From: Phoronis australis
Lineage: Eukaryota > Animalia > Phoronida
Assembly (NCBI GenBank): GCA_002633005.1
Contig: NMRA01000012.1
Span: 671,534 to 735,533, forward strand
Length of the DNA stretch: 64,000 bases
Reading direction: 5' to 3'
The position numbers were made by a program, and so were the translations under genes. Within the stretch, counting starts at the first letter, position 1; every line of letters starts with the position of its first letter. The notes beneath the pieces were generated by a model. The model did no database searches, was not told the origin of the DNA, and saw nothing but the letters and a program-made list of their open reading frames with translations. Of the stretch, positions 48,813-63,620 are shown one piece after another.

Positions 48813-51735
48813 AAACATACATGTTGATCAGTTGATCTCAATTGTCTAAACATACAAGGAGGACACAGGTCACCCTGGACCCCTCCCAGCTGTCCAAATT
48901 AACTCTTTGTCTTTTGAACACTGTGATTGCTCCTCCTCCCCCCTTGTGATACCGTAGGTCCACTAGTGCAAGGCCCCTAAAGAACCCAACACCAATTTGA
49001 CTAATAAACTGAAACCTTCTTCTTGTAAGCCTTTTTGCAGAATTTTGTATTAAAAATGAACAAAGTAAAAATATCAAAATTCTTGATCTTCCACATTCTG
49101 CAGTTCAACTTAAATGTGTTGGCACAGGCATTGCCACATTTGCACAGCTTATTTGGGAACAGTCATTTTTGATGGTTCCTCTTTGAAAGGTTGGGTTTCG
49201 GTAATGCATTGATACATATGCTTAACACATCAGTTCAAGATTGGATAACACATACTATCAAGGGATGGAAGCAATTCCATGGATGCATGTCTAAATTCCT
49301 GCAAACAATCCCCTCAACTCCAGCCCCGCATCACCATACATCAAACTACCGGTACAAATACCCAGACCGCACCCCTAAACTCCACATGTACCAAAATGTG
49401 CCAGTGACCAAGTTCCAGTTCCAGGGACCCGACTCTTCACCTGTAGTTTGCAGTTGAAATTAAGATGGATGGCCACAGCACAAAGTCGCGCCAAAAGACA
49501 CGACTGGCTGGGGGTGGAAACAATTAAATGGTCGCGCCTCTTAATTCCAGTTACCATGTCCAGAGCCAGCAAACCCTAAATTCCACACCTTTGCCCCTAA
49601 ATTCCAAACACATATCGAAAACACACTGTATCCTGTGATCAAATTCCATAGCTGGGGTTTTAATTCTTCACCGCATTAATTGGTCCAGTTGCAGAGCTTG
49701 GTCAGTGAGTATGAAGTATTTTCAGCGAGTGTGCGGAGTTCAGGGGCAGCGGTACAAAATTTTTAACGTGGGCCATGCATTTGTTGATCTGAGACTGCAG
49801 TTTAGAAGACCGAAGACGTAATTTAGAGGCACGGCTGTGGAAAGGCTTCCACCAGCTGTTACGTGGATTAAAACAAATGAAATCTTAAAAAGTCAATCAA
49901 TCAATCTGTGCCGGTAGTAGTCCCTGGACAATCATTAAGTTATTAATGAATGGATTCCCAAGTTCAGTGAAATGTAGAAGGATGGGATGAGACAAGCAAC
50001 AAAGCAACACTATTGATTAGCGTAGGGGAAATAAAGGGATTAAATGACTCAGTAACTAACAACAGAAGCCAAATGTAGATAACAAATTTATGAACAGTGG
50101 AGTACAGCAAAACATGAGCATGTCAAAAACGTTTCAATGTGGCTTTTGAAAATGTTTGTTGGCATGACATCAACAATTCCATTCAAGATAATTCGATACA
50201 GTTTCCACATAACGTTATCGTGTACAATACTGCATGCAATAACAACAGCTTGTGCAATGGATTTCCCTCCTAATCCAACCCTTATTTTTTCTGATGTTAT
50301 TTTAAAGCACTTATAATGCGTTTCACAACTGTAAAACCATGCATCAAATATTTAATTGCTTACTTCTACTGACTTCATTGCATGCCATATTTTTACGGTC
50401 AATCGGTGAAATTTTCAAACATAATAAAACCTTGGTTCACTTCTTAATTGTCTGATACATGGAAAAACACTCACATCTAGGTCGCAAAGAATTTACTAAA
50501 AGTGTGCTCGGAAATCCATTGCATGAAGTCAACAAACAAGAACATGGTATACCAACTACTGTCGCCATCTAGGGAATAAACAGTGTGTATTTTACCACGT
50601 TGCTGATATATCAGAAATGACTGTGAGAAAGACAAAATTGGGTATCTGTGTTCATTCCAGAACATGTCTTCGTGGAATTAGCCCCGCTAGATGCGAAAAC
50701 TGACAGGAAGCTTTACAAAGCATCAGGAACTATGCATTTAAGTCTTCATCAACCACCTTTGCTTAATTAATGAGAAATGAACTACTATTAATATTTAAGA
50801 TTATGCAGGGCCTCATCGACAAGTCTGTGTTTTCAGCCAAATGCTTACAAAACTACTAAGTTTAAATTTATAGTATCTATTTTCTGAAAGTAAAAAGCCT
50901 GGTTAAATTGATTTTTGACTTTATATCAATCTGTCATTGATTGTGTCACATGACAAAAAAGTAAGGAACAACCATTGCAAAACAACAGCATCAATAACAC
51001 GACCGAATTTTGTTTTGACATAGTAAATGTTCTGTTCAAGCTGAAATCTCAAAAAACATTTTCTAAATAATCATTTTAACAGTAATTTTCATTTTATGAA
51101 ACTTGATTTTTCCCTACAATTCACTGAGGTCATGAATCAAGTGTTAACAGTTTTGGAGAACACAGAACAGTGCACAAAGCATAGTATGCATTTCATTTGA
51201 TTACGATCATCCATGTCTGAAATATGATGTTCCGATGTTATGTTAGCCAAATTTGGACACTTTTCTAGGGTCCTACCTGACCCTAATTAACAGCCTCACA
51301 TTTTCTAGCCCCTATTCTTTACCACAGTAGGTTCACTTGGCTCTAAATTTGAATTGTGACACTGGAGTGAACACTGTAGCGCTAAGCATATGAAATGACT
51401 CCAATGGCCACCGAGAAAAACAAAATTATCATGAAGCTTGTCTGAACAGGAGGCACGCTTCAAATAAAGTTCATACGATATCATTGGTCAATTTTCAGTC
51501 CAATACCGAGATAAGTTTTAGTGGTCTCAGGTTCCAGTCGAAATTTCAAAGTCTCAGTGCACGTAAACTCAAGACAGCTATGTCAAGCTATTGAACATAA
51601 ATTTGTTTAACATCAACTTCAGGAATAATATTTTCCAAAATTGCTCTTTCTTCATTTTACAAAGGCTTCTATCATTGTTGGCTACAATTTCTCAAACCAT
51701 TGTCTGATGATAAGTTAGTATATGATATAGAAGTT

Positions 51736-53066
51736 AACAACAGAAACGTGGAGCGTTGAAATGCGCCCACGAATGCACCGCAAACACAGTGCTTCTAAGG
51801 TTGTTTATTTGTTTCAAGAGGGCGAAAAAAAATCCAATCCATCTGAAAATGGGCACATGCCATCGCTTCTTTAATAGAAAGCTATTTAGCGAATTTCATA
51901 AAAATCTGTCAAGGAACTTCAGAGAAACAAAGGAAAACAAAAAATAATGAAATTGCCACTTAGGGACACAGCCTTCATTGGATCCGCTTGAAAGACGTCG
52001 TCATCTGTTGTTAGCTTCATATAAATACAATTACTAAATTTAATAAAGATCCTGCAGTGAGTTTAGGAGATGCATCTATGGGCACAAAACAAAACAAAAC
52101 TACCACTAGGAGGCGCTACAAAAGTCGAATGCATTATTGTCAACCGTTCTCTTCACACTGAAGACATATACCATATACCAATTTTCAAAGTCATCCTCAG
52201 AATGGTTTGGTTGATCGAGGGGTGGACCCCAAAAAACAAGACTCGAAAACAGGAATAATGGCCACTAGGTGGTGCAAAAGTTCCTCAATTCCATCCCAAA
52301 GCAGGAGGATAGCATCATCCCACCAATAAATGCCTATCTTCCAAACTTTCTGATAATCCGTTGACGACCTTTGAAGATACAGAGGTAAGCCTAAAAAATG
52401 TAAATTGCCACTACTGGGCACACTGGTTGTCAGATCCGTCCGAAAGTTGTTGTCATCCATTGTTAGCATCGTATAAATACACTTGCTAAATTTAGCATAG
52501 ATGCTGCAAACCATTTAGGAGATACAGCCATAGGCACAAAAAAAAACTGCCACTAGCAGGCACCACAGTAGTCGAAGTCATTGGTAAATCATCGCCAGCT
52601 TCGTACTAAAAACATACATGCCAATTTTCACAATCATCCTTAGTGCGTTTGGTTGATAGAGGGGTGGACACCAAAAAACAGACCAAAAACAGTAAAAATG
52701 GCCACTAGGTGGCACAAACTATGTCAAATCCATCCAAAAATGGGAGGATAGCTTCATCTCACTAATAGGTGCCTATATTTCAAATTTTTTGAAAATATGT
52801 TGAGGACTTTGAAGATACAGAGGCAAACGTAAAAAACTAAAATTGCCACAAGGGGGCACACCGGTAGTCGGATCTGTCCAAAAGTTCGCTCATGCCGTCC
52901 CATCCAAGATAGGAACATACGTGCAAAATTCCATGAATGTACATCAAAACGTTTTGGAAATAGAGCAGCGGACGCCGGACGGACGCCGGACGGATGCCAG
53001 ACGGACGCCGGACGGACGGAGATGACGGCATAATGCGTCCACATATAAATATGTGGGTGCATAAAA
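51736..53066 (+). mobile_element. Second Helentron/HINE-like copy
   Basis: Same 5' end, core units, GGAC microsatellite and 3' hairpin as 45197-46926, with fewer units. Confidence 0.75.
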
Positions 53067-55703
53067 ATGGTAAAGCATTTATATGGCACAAGTTGTCTTT
53101 CATGGAGAATTGTGTGTCCAAAATTGGTGAGATTTGACCATATCTTTCATTTCTGCCAGTGACAGTACAAGAGTGAGTGATATCGAGGGCATTAAAACAT
53201 TGTGATGTCCACTTATTAAAGTATGTGTACAGCAAGGACGGTAAAACTTCACCAATTTCAGACAAAAATAATTATCAAAATTGGCCTTTTATCACACTCC
53301 AAAAGCTTCTAACACTGTTGCGAATGGCCACAATTTAAAAAAAGCATTTGGTTTTGAGCAATGATAAGTGTGGTATGTGCCTGAGCCTCTGGTTATATCA
53401 ACTTCAGCATTCATTTCCACAGAATGGGCACCAGCATAATCATCCGAAAATCAGCAATTGCAATGCTGGTAGATATTAAGACTACAACAAAGAGAACTAC
53501 AATTACCACTTGAGGGCACTGCACCAGACAGATCAATCTAATAATAGATACCAGTCATGCTCACCTTTAGTTAACAGAAATTTGTTTGCCAAAGCGATCC
53601 TTGAAGGGGTTGGTAGATAGAGAGTAGGATGTCAAAATTGATTATTAACCTAAATATAATTGCCAATAGGGATATGGCACAAGGCCGAACTGTTTGAAAA
53701 ATAGCCAAGTACTAAAAACTTATTTGCCAAATTTCATGAAGATTCTTCACCAAACTTGGTAGATATTGAGACAAACACAAGAATCTGTAATAAAAGGGAC
53801 ATAGCAATGGTTGAAACTGCCCAAAAATAAGATATTGAAAAAAACTAGAGAGAATAACAGTATTCAGATGTGTTTGAATACACAACATCAGGCGTGTTGT
53901 GTATTCAGCTACATGCCAATTCATATCACCATATCACCATATCACCATATCACGGACAATTAGTCACTGTTGCAAGCAAAGGCCATTAGCTTCAGAGTTA
54001 ACTTACACAGAAAACTCATTTATACAATTAAGCCTAGAAAAAATAAGAAAGCTCAAATGATTAGCTACCTATATGACCACTACTGCTTCATGATCAAAGT
54101 ATTTTTGCAGCTATGCAGGGCATACTAAACTTAACCAGTCCTCAATTTGGTGACCTGCAGCTCGCTTATACGACCTCAATGTGTGTTTGATAACCTGGGA
54201 ATAATCCCAAGTCGCCACAAGTCGCCACAGTGAGTATCAAAGTCAGACAATTCACCCAAAATTCATTTCAAAGTTTGTGTCTACTTACAAACTTTAAATT
54301 AATAACATTTTTTTCCTAGATTCAGTACCTTTGATTCGTAACTATTCCATTTACTTCATGTAAACAGTGCACTTGCCACCCTCACATCAAACGCGCTTAA
54401 ATTACAACAGGAATTAAACAGACGGAAGTTGGAATTGTCGGGCAAGATTGGATCATGAAACACGCTCCTCCAGTGTATACGAATACATGTCTTTTGGTAA
54501 GAGGAATTGAGTTAGAGATTGAATGGTGCATATTTACGGTAGAAATGGAATAGGTCTGCTTAATTTTTCAATAACGCTGACATCGGCACGTTTTTATGGT
54601 TGTCGACCACATTTGGAATCTGTATTTGGCGACCTGGGATTTTTACTAATTCACAACTGGCGACTTGGCATTAAGCTTAACTTCGAGCACTTAAAACGGT
54701 TATGGAAATGAATAATTAGTAATTCTTTGCCTAGTAAGTAGTACTTTTTTAGTATTTATAGTAACTGCTGGCCTAATAACAACAAAGCAGCTTCGCAGCT
54801 TCCTTGAGCTTACTAAACTTAACGGTTATGGAATTAGAATAATTAAGTAACAATTAAGAATTACTTATTATTCTAATTCTAACTTTAAAAGTTATTAAAG
54901 AAACTGCTTTACCTAGAGGATAAGCTCTAAATACATGAAATCTTCAATAGCTAATTGACAATCAAAGTAGCAGCATATTTTTCAAATCCTTGTTGATCCC
55001 AAAAATGTGTTAAGCGCACTGAAATAATGTCTATCCGGTATCCATTTGACTGTTTTTTTGTTCTTCTTAAAAATCACAATATTTACAGTTTACCCTAGTG
55101 AAAATGTTAGTAGGAAATTAATGTACATTGTTTTGGTATTATTTTGCATTTATTAAAGGTAGGGCCCTTAACTAAAGTGGTGATGGAGTCATTTTTGAGA
55201 GTGAATTTAAGGCCTAAGTTTCATTAGAATAAACCAGACAATGATTTTAACAAAATGGAATAACGATTGAACAGTTATCAGTTTTTGAGAAAAAAATACC
55301 ATATCTGTGGAAGTTGCATCAAAGATTTGAATTACGGGCTTGATAAATGGTAACAATGAAAGATCACACTTAAAGAGGTGATATTCTTGAAGACGAACGT
55401 ATGAAGTCACTTCAAGACCAGGAGCCACGACCATTGACACTTGAAGTCCTCCAAACTTACGCAACACCCATCGAGTAGGTTTGAATTTCACATGATATGA
55501 CTGGTCACCTTTTGGGTAGAAAAGTAATTGGTGGTCCTACATCCAGTTGTTGATATATCACCTGGCAACTGTTTACTTTTCCTCTTGTTAATGATGCAAT
55601 AGACTGGCACATTCCGTTAAAACGACAGCTTTTGACTTAGGCCACTTACTAAGGGTAAGATGCCCACTACTAAGTCTGATTGGATTTCTGTGTTAGACCA
55701 GTG

Positions 55704-55777
55704 GTCCCGATGGTTCAGAGGTTAGAGCATCTGCACGGTTAGCAGAAGGTCCTGGGTTCGAGTCCAGGTCGGGGGCA
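55704..55777 (+). pseudogene. tRNA-derived element (SINE head or tRNA pseudogene)
   Basis: A-box TGGTTCAGAGGTTAGAGC, B-box GGTTCGAGTCC, stem TCTGC/GCAGA. The loop ACGGTTA lacks U33 and the acceptor stem is imperfect. Confidence 0.7.
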
Positions 55778-56892
55778 GAAATCTTTCCAGACTTATATTC
55801 AATAGGTCACATGATGTGGCCAACATATGGCGTGCAGGCAAGACTTAAATGCTTGCAACGTATTTTCTACACTATATTGAGATTGACATATTTACATACC
55901 CTACCATTCAGAAATTAATCTAGTCTTGTTCCTCACTCAGATTAGACATGATTTCTAGGCTTGTCACAAACAGTTTGTTACAGCTTCACACAAGGTTCAT
56001 TAAGTCGATTGTCACAGCACGTTAGTGTCAGTTGCTGAAGCAGTATTTCAGTCACGAGAATTTCAGGCATATTAAAAGAACATACTCTTATGGGTTAGTG
56101 TTCTGCGTACCTCACACTCCTGAAATTTACACATTTTCAATTTTAAACACTCAAACTCATCTTAACGCTCACATCCAAACCTAAAGCCATGACAACCTAA
56201 ATCCAATAATTCAAAACAAAGGGTAAGAACATGACCACCTCGTTTGGGAAGTGCAACTATACCTCTGAAGGCAGCAATAATTGTTTCTTGCAGGAGTCCG
56301 TCATTTCGCGAATCACTTTTTCTCCACTGAATAACAGGCATCAAACTGGTTCTCAAAACACATAACCCAAGAAATGACTATTGCCGAGAAAGTTGCTTTG
56401 ACAGCAAACTGAGAAGAAAATGCCCTAGGTCTAGAGAAAAAAACTCATCAACAATCAATAGCTCATCAAGGAACAATGACTCATCCAGGAACAATAGCTT
56501 ATTAAGACAGGTGACTGACTCCACTCGTCATGGTGTAGTATCTAAAGGCTTAATTTCGCCACTGAACTCTCGTACTTATGGAGGAATAAACTCCGGTCTT
56601 GCATAAAAAATTTTTTGAATTAGGCCACTTACTGACCAGTCTCATGTGACTTGTTCCTTACTCAGATAAGAACTGACAGGTGGTGATTGCTTAAACCATG
56701 CCCATAAAGTTGGTTGTCAGTGGGTTAGTTTCAGTTGCCATGGCGATAGAGACACGGGGAGAATTCCATGCAGTCTGTTGTTATTGTTGAGTTCGAGCAC
56801 AGGATAAGATAACTTTGCTTTGGAAGAGCAAAAAAGCCTATGAGGAAAGTTGACATTTTTATTTCCAGAACATGGTTTGCCATATCTTTTGA

Positions 56893-57393
56893 GGGCCTTT
56901 CATACTCACGTCGACGCGTTGATGGTTTGGGGAGTTGCGGTCAGTATGAACGCTGAACTCCGGTCCTGGAGCGCAGTTAACAGCTCCAGTTGACATCGCA
57001 GTTAACAGGTGGATTTAAGCCCGCAGCGTCGACGCTGCAGTGCAGCATGAACGCTTAACTCCGGTCCAATCGAAGTTATCGCCAGGTGCCACTGTTATTG
57101 TCAACAGTTACAATGTAGTGCCGTCACTAATAACTATTAATTTTTTGCTCTAATGATAACCAATCGATTTAATGAGTTTAATGTCATTTAGCACATTTAA
57201 ATGTTCCCAAATTGTCACATTGAAAAAAATCTTAGCGTGCAGCACTACCTTGCGATAACTTCGATGACGTCAGCGTCACCAACCCTTTACTTCGATGGTC
57301 ATTAACTATCGAAGCCAGTATGAACGGTTCAGTTTACTGCGCTGTTTACGTCGACGCTCCGCTCAGACCGGAGTTAGTCAATATGAAAGGGCC
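56893..57393. mobile_element. PIF/Harbinger-like MITE
   Basis: TIR GGGCCTTTCATA / TATGAAAGGGCC, flanks TGA/TTA, internal repeats ATGAACG and AACTCCGGTC in both orientations. Confidence 0.65.
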
Positions 57394-57543
57394 TTAAAAC
57401 TTAATTTAACAAAGAACAGCAAGAGCTGTATGACTATCAAGAGTTCAGGATGGCAAAATGGAAGTTATTTGACACAGAAATAGCTGTGAAAAACTTTTTA
57501 CTCCGCAATGGCGAACTTGAAAAACCTTTTCACACCGACTTAC

Positions 57544-57651
57544 CGGACACAGATAACTTCTCAAATTCTGTGGGGAGATTTTTCTGTAGCCATTCTTTGC
57601 ACTTGTCTGGGCTAGGAGTGTATTCGCAGAACTCGAGAGGCAAGGAACAAA
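57544..57651 (-). CDS. DENR: DENR coding exon 2
   Basis: VCSLPLEFCEYTPSPDKCKEWLQKNLPTEFEKLSVS carries the zinc-binding cysteines. TTTCAG acceptor and GTAAGT donor, phase 1-1. Confidence 0.95.
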
Positions 57652-58479
57652 CTGAAACCATGACAACAAGACATTGGAAAAGATTTAACAAGGAAGATTT
57701 AAAATGCAGCATTGTCTTTTGCAATGAGTTTTCAGTCTAGCATTAGTTTATTCCGTCTTTACAGAACAAAAACATTGTAGAAAGAGTTAGTTGGAGCTGC
57801 ATTGTACCCTGCTAAAATCAAAATAGAATTAGACCTTCGCACTCTCATAAAATCATATTCCTGACCAACACGAAGATCAAAATCCACCATCGACTTGAGA
57901 GTTTGTTTGCCTTAGAGTTTATTGGGGTCGGCGAACCTTGCAATTGGGAATTCGAAAATGGCGCTTGCATACATTGCCTTTGACTTGAGCTGCCAGCTCA
58001 GTAACAATTCAAAATCAGATGACCCTGGTAATTTTTAAATGGTAATTGAAGCGTTTTGGTTAAGGACTCAACACTGACAGCCAAACAGTGTCGAAATGTC
58101 ACTTTAACCAAAGAATCTTGTAGCGCAACATTACCATTTTTGTTGCAACTGCTTATTGTCTTTCTGTAAATCAAGCAATAATACAAAATTATGCATTACA
58201 TCCTAATCCATTTGAGTATCATGACAAACAAGTACCTCAAAATTTTGGTTATGATGCCAATCAGCTAACACGAACACTAGATCAATATCTGACCTAGAAT
58301 TTGTGAAAATAGGCCCATGGACAGATATTTGGAAAATGACCTTTCAAAAACATTAAATGAAACCAAATATATGCCCGGGCATATTTTTGGAAAGGGGGGG
58401 GGAGCGTATTTTCGAAAACTGTATCCACTACGTGCTAACTCTGGCTTTCAATTGAATACACAAACTCCCCAATACATAC

Positions 58480-58576
58480 CTCCACAATACACAACTTTAA
58501 GAGGGTAGGTGACGCCATCTATTGGGCAGGCCTGTGGCAAGAACCTGTTGTCTTCTGCTGCTTCTGATCCTGCCAT
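58480..58576 (-). CDS. DENR: DENR coding exon 1
   Basis: MAGSEAAEDNRFLPQACPIDGVTYPLKVVYCG (YPLxVxYCG conserved), GTATGT donor. The five exons total 576 nt, or 191 aa plus stop. Confidence 0.92.
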
Positions 58577-60902
58577 CTGAAGCCATATAGAAATGCACTG
58601 TTAGGATCTCTATTGGGAATATGGATGGATTTTTTAACATCGCCACTTGATAAGGAGTTGGAAACGGAAGTCAGGGAATGTACTCATGTCAGACATTCTC
58701 CAAACTCGGCCTGTTTAAGGATATAGTGACTACTAGACAAGATGTTTATTGCCGTAACCAGGTAAAAACTATGAGGATGATTTTTTAGTAGCATGTCCAG
58801 CACATTTTGGGAACCTATTGTTTACTAATTTCAGCAACCCCAGGGCCATTGATTTTGGGACCGAATATTGGTCCCACATGAAATTACCCTCATCAGGCAA
58901 TGATTAAAAAATTACCTATAGTTATAGTCACTTGTAACTCACACAAACCTTAAGCTTCTGAAGGTTTCATCAACTCTAACCTGAAAAAATCCTCTCAGAA
59001 GGCACAGAGACATTATCCCTCAGGTGAGTAAGGAACCGAAGCCTAATCTCCCACTTTCTATCAATCATGGCTTCTAACTAGCAGCCCAACAGAACAGTAT
59101 GCTTACGAGCTCTTGACACAGGCAAATATTTCAGCTCGAAAATACCAGTGATGGCATATTTGCCAACGGTAATCCCGGATTTAGGCTCGTAATGAGTGGC
59201 AACCAAAAAATTGAAAAAAAACAACAGAGTCTGCTTGGTGCCTGTACGAGTGAGGTCAATTTTTACTTTTTCTACTCGTATTTTCGACCATTTACTCGCT
59301 TATGTTGAGCAGTGCTTAACATGTACAGGGATGAGGATTATGAACAAAATGCACAGTCACATAGACAAAGACTGGAACAGAGTATGTGCCTTTTTAAAAC
59401 TATTAGGACGAAGCAACCACAACAGGTAGTCTGCATCACCTGGTTAAGGCTATGTAGGACCTTATAGAAACGTATTTAGTCAAACACCTACAAAACTTTG
59501 ACTTAAACTCGGTAAAGGTATATTTTCTGAAATTAGAAAACCAGTAGAATTTGACTTAATATCAATCTCCCGTTAATTGGGTGACGATGTCATTTCAGGA
59601 AAATGTAGCAAAACGAATGGCACATCCATAACGAAAACAATGCTATCAATAGCATCATCCAATTTTGTTCGATATAAATGTTCAAGAGGGTATCTCAAAA
59701 AATGCCGTTACAGTTTTCTAAATCATCATTTGTTTCATCCAACTTTTGATTTTTCATAAAAATCATAAGTCATATTTTTAAAGTTCTCATGAAAAACAAG
59801 AAAAACAATTCCCAACAACAGTGATTTTAAGAACAGTGTTTCTGAAAATTTCATATGAATTCGATCAGTTATTTCCGAGATATGATGTTCTGAAGTTAGC
59901 CATATTTGGACATTTTTCTAGGGTTCCTAATAACATCAAGTCAAGTGCTGCATTGGCCGCGTCTCCCACTGTAACAAATTTCCATTGTGTTAGATAAATT
60001 TTGATGCACGCATCCAAAACTACACCATGTGTGGAGGGTGTGTTCGATTGCTCACATCTTACAGGACATGCACTTTGATGTACTCACAAAGTGGCTATTT
60101 TTGAGGCATGTCACACGAAATATCAGCCAGTTCAAATTCATGAAACACTTTGTCATACAGAATAAAGTGACTAAAGTCTTCCCCTAAAACTTCCCACTTT
60201 GGGCTGCGAGACCTTTCCTGAGAATAAAGGTCGATGGGAAGGAGGGAGCGCACCTAATAGAGTCCTAACAGTACGCAAGTTGCAGGAAAAATGTTAAGTA
60301 TACAGCAGGCCTAAGGTGGTGAGATGGTTAAATTATTATGTGATTTAAAATATCTTTGGCGTTGAAGTAGTCAGCGCCTGTTAAGGGATATGAGAATAGA
60401 TGTCACTTAGCGCATGGCCAAAAAATCTGCATGCGTGTTAAATATAAAATGCTTGACAAGTCTCTCTTCTGGCCGCCATGTGCATAACGCTCTTTGTGCC
60501 CTCTGAGTATTTTTCAAAACAACAAGAGTTACTGTTAAAAAAGTTTGATGGTGGGAGTATTTGTTCGAGCTGGGAAGAGTAAAGACAGCTACAGCCTCCT
60601 AAAGTGTCCCTCCATGCTCAGAAGGTAATTACAGGGCCCTCACTCACCTGAGGGGAAAGTGCTTGTACCTTTTAAAAGTGTAATTTTCAAGGAGTTCTTT
60701 AATAAGAGGGGAACTTTTGTATTGTTTTTACTTAGAGGGGATTTTTGTGATGTTTATTTACTGCACTGTTCTTTATGACTATACTCTTTTATGCTTTCAC
60801 AAATGTGCTAAGTATCAACTTTAAGTGAACTCAACACACAGTGGTAATTTAGCTGTATTTTAACAAGTCTTCATACAGCTAGCTGGCTGGCTAGTAGGCA
60901 AT

Positions 60903-62587
60903 AGCGGAGTTGCAACGCCGCCATATTGGAAATGGGTCAGAATGTTGCATTGTGGTTAAGCCGGTAAACAAGTACGTCGGCAAGCGTGGGGGCGAACCGG
61001 CCACAGGGAGGTTATACGTGTTGTGTGCCTGGCATGCTATAATACCAGTTAGCGAAATAAAAAATTTAGTTACTACCTGTTTCCCAAGGATCAAGAACTG
61101 CGTTAAACATGGGTCAGAGACATCGGTAGAGCTGGTAGCAAAGGCCGACTTCGTGAATTCTTTCCGACTTCGTAGCATAAAGTGTGCAGCGCTCATTTTG
61201 AGGGCGGCAAGAAAACGTATCTTAGAAACTGCCCAACAATATCTCCCTTCAAAGAAACAGTAACAAATACTCCANNNNNNNNNNNNNNNNNNNNNNNNNN
61301 NNNNNNNNNNNNNNNNNNNNNNNNNNNNNNNNNNNNNNNNNNNNNNNNNNNNNNNNNNNNNNNNNNNNNNNNNNNNNNNNNNNNNNNNNNNNNNNNNNNN
61401 NNNNNNNNNNNNNNNNNNNNNNNNNNNNNNNNNNNNNNNNNNNNNNNNNNNNNNNNNNNNNNNNNNNNNNNNNNNNNNNNNNNNNNNNNNNNNNNNNNNN
61501 NNNNNNNNNNNNNNNNNNNNNNNNNNNNNNNNNNNNNNNNNNNNNNNNNNNNNNNNNNNNNNNNNNNNNNNNNNNNNNNNNNNNNNNNNNNNNNNNNNNN
61601 NNNNNNNNNNNNNNNNNNNNNNNNNNNNNNNNNNNNNNNNNNNNNNNNNNNNNNNNNNNNNNNNNNNNNNNNNNNNNNNNNNNNNNNNNNNNNNNNNNNN
61701 NNNNNNNNNNNNNNNNNNNNNNNNNNNNNNNNNNNNNNNNNNNNNNNNNNNNNNNNNNNNNNNNNNNNNNNNNNNNNNNNNNNNNNNNNNNNNNNNNNNN
61801 NNNNNNNNNNNNNNNNNNNNNNNNNNNNNNNNNNNNNNNNNNNNNNNNNNNNNNNNNNNNNNNNNNNNNNNNNNNNNNNNNNNNNNNNNNNNNNNNNNNN
61901 NNNNNNNNNNNNNNNNNNNNNNNNNNNNNNNNNNNNNNNNNNNNNNNNNNNNNNNNNNNNNNNNNNNNNNNNNNNNNNNNNNNNNNNNNNNNNNNNNNNN
62001 NNNNNNNNNNNNNNNNNNNNNNNNNNNNNNNNNNNNNNNNNNNNNNNNNNNNNNNNNNNNNNNNNNNNNNNNNNNNNNNNNNNNNNNNNNNNNNNNNNNN
62101 NNNNNNNNCCGCTCTTTGACAAGTACGCTGTGTCTGTTTTCAAAGTCCAGACCCGCGTAGTGGGGCACATCCCTCGCAAGAGCAGCAAAACTTCTGCGTT
62201 CTTTTTGAATCGCGGCGTAAGTTTGAAGTGTATACGGACATAACGGTGAGGCTCGTGGTCCGTTACAAATTCAGGCTGTCGGATCTTTCAATTGATAAAT
62301 TGGAGACGTTAGAACTGTAGGTAAGGGCATTTTTCGCATGTAGTTCATGGGCTGGGCGCTTACTTTAGCAAAGTCTGAAAACGCGTTGGGGCACTTGTTG
62401 AGCCATGGGCGCTAATTAGGGCGAATAGCGGCAGAATTACATACAGCAGCGTAGTTTAATGCACACAAATTACACGTCGTGCAAACCAGTCGGTCATCCC
62501 GTTTACCATCAACAATCCCAGTAGCCTTTGCGCACCCTAATTTCCGGACATGCGCAATCGTTAAATCGATTCGGTTGCAACTCCGCT
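60903..62587 (+). mobile_element. Second copy of the THAP/ISL2EU-like transposon (centre in the N gap)
   Basis: Perfect TIRs AGCGGAGTTGCAAC / GTTGCAACTCCGCT with AT flanks. Almost identical to 21045-23007. Confidence 0.8.
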
Positions 62588-63429
62588 ATTACATCGCCCT
62601 GAATGCCGCAGGCATACAGGTGCGATAGTATATCCCCATAAAAAGTTACTCATTTCAAAATACAGCAAATAAAATCGAATGCAACATGCATATATGCACA
62701 TGGAATTATAATTAACGCATGACTCTGTATACAGTTTAGTCAACATAACTAGAACATATCCATGAGAATCTGTTGCAGTTCGCTCGAGTTTCTCACAGCG
62801 TGTCATTTTGAGGAAGTTACGTGAAATCAAGCCTGTTGACAAATAAAAAATCCAAGGAACACAAATCTAGTACAAATTTCACTTGATTTCTTCCCATGCT
62901 AACTTGCAAGTGTCACGCGCTTCTTTCAGTCTCGCACTTAAGCCTTTGCCTAACTCACGTGATTCAGTTGAAATACTTTGTGGTGAAAAAGTTAATGCTG
63001 ACCAAAAAAGCGGACTAGTTAAAATTCTTCGCCAAAGTCACCTTAATTCTCGTAACTAAGCTTCATTGAAGATATGTGTAGTAGAAAGGAACACTGAAGA
63101 AAGTAAGCGCTTTTTTAAGTCATAATTTTAAGTGTAGAATGTATTTTTGATGAGGTGAAAACTCTTAATTGGTGAGCGGATTTTGCTCACATCCTGTTTA
63201 AAACACTCAGGACAAAATTCGTACAGAAAGCGATGGGAAGTATTGTAGCCCCTCCTAACCTGCCAACAGAGGGGCTACGTGTTGCCCAGCCTAGCTGGAT
63301 GGGTAACTGTTGCTACACACTTGTTCAAGGGGCAAGAGCCAAGACTCTGATTCAAGAGGCATCAAAAACGAACACCGGCCAAATATGTCTGGCTGACGCT
63401 TCTCTAGGCTTAGACAATGACCATCGACG

Positions 63430-63620
63430 ATGGTCATTGTCTACTCTATGCTAGGCAATGACCATCGCCTCTGTTGGCCCGAACCAGAGGCGATGCAGAG
63501 GCTATAGGCGCTCTGTACGCCGGAAGCTTTTCGGCGAATTATGCCTCGCACCGACTAAACCATCAAAGTCACGTTGTTATAAAGACCTTTTGCGCATAGA
63601 GGAACACCTTAGGAGGTTGT
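63430..63620 (+). pseudogene. Possible ancient RTE LINE 3' remnant
   Basis: Weak resemblance of HRLCW..RRKLFGEL..RCYKD to the RTE pattern RLRW..PKxxLYGEL..RYKD. Confidence 0.3.

Noticed and set aside
55704-55777. Functional tRNA-Thr(GGT)
   Set aside because: No U33, an imperfect acceptor stem, and a GGT anticodon is atypical for eukaryotes.
60891-62243. Long ORFs of 331-425 aa
   Set aside because: They span the N gap inside a transposon copy.
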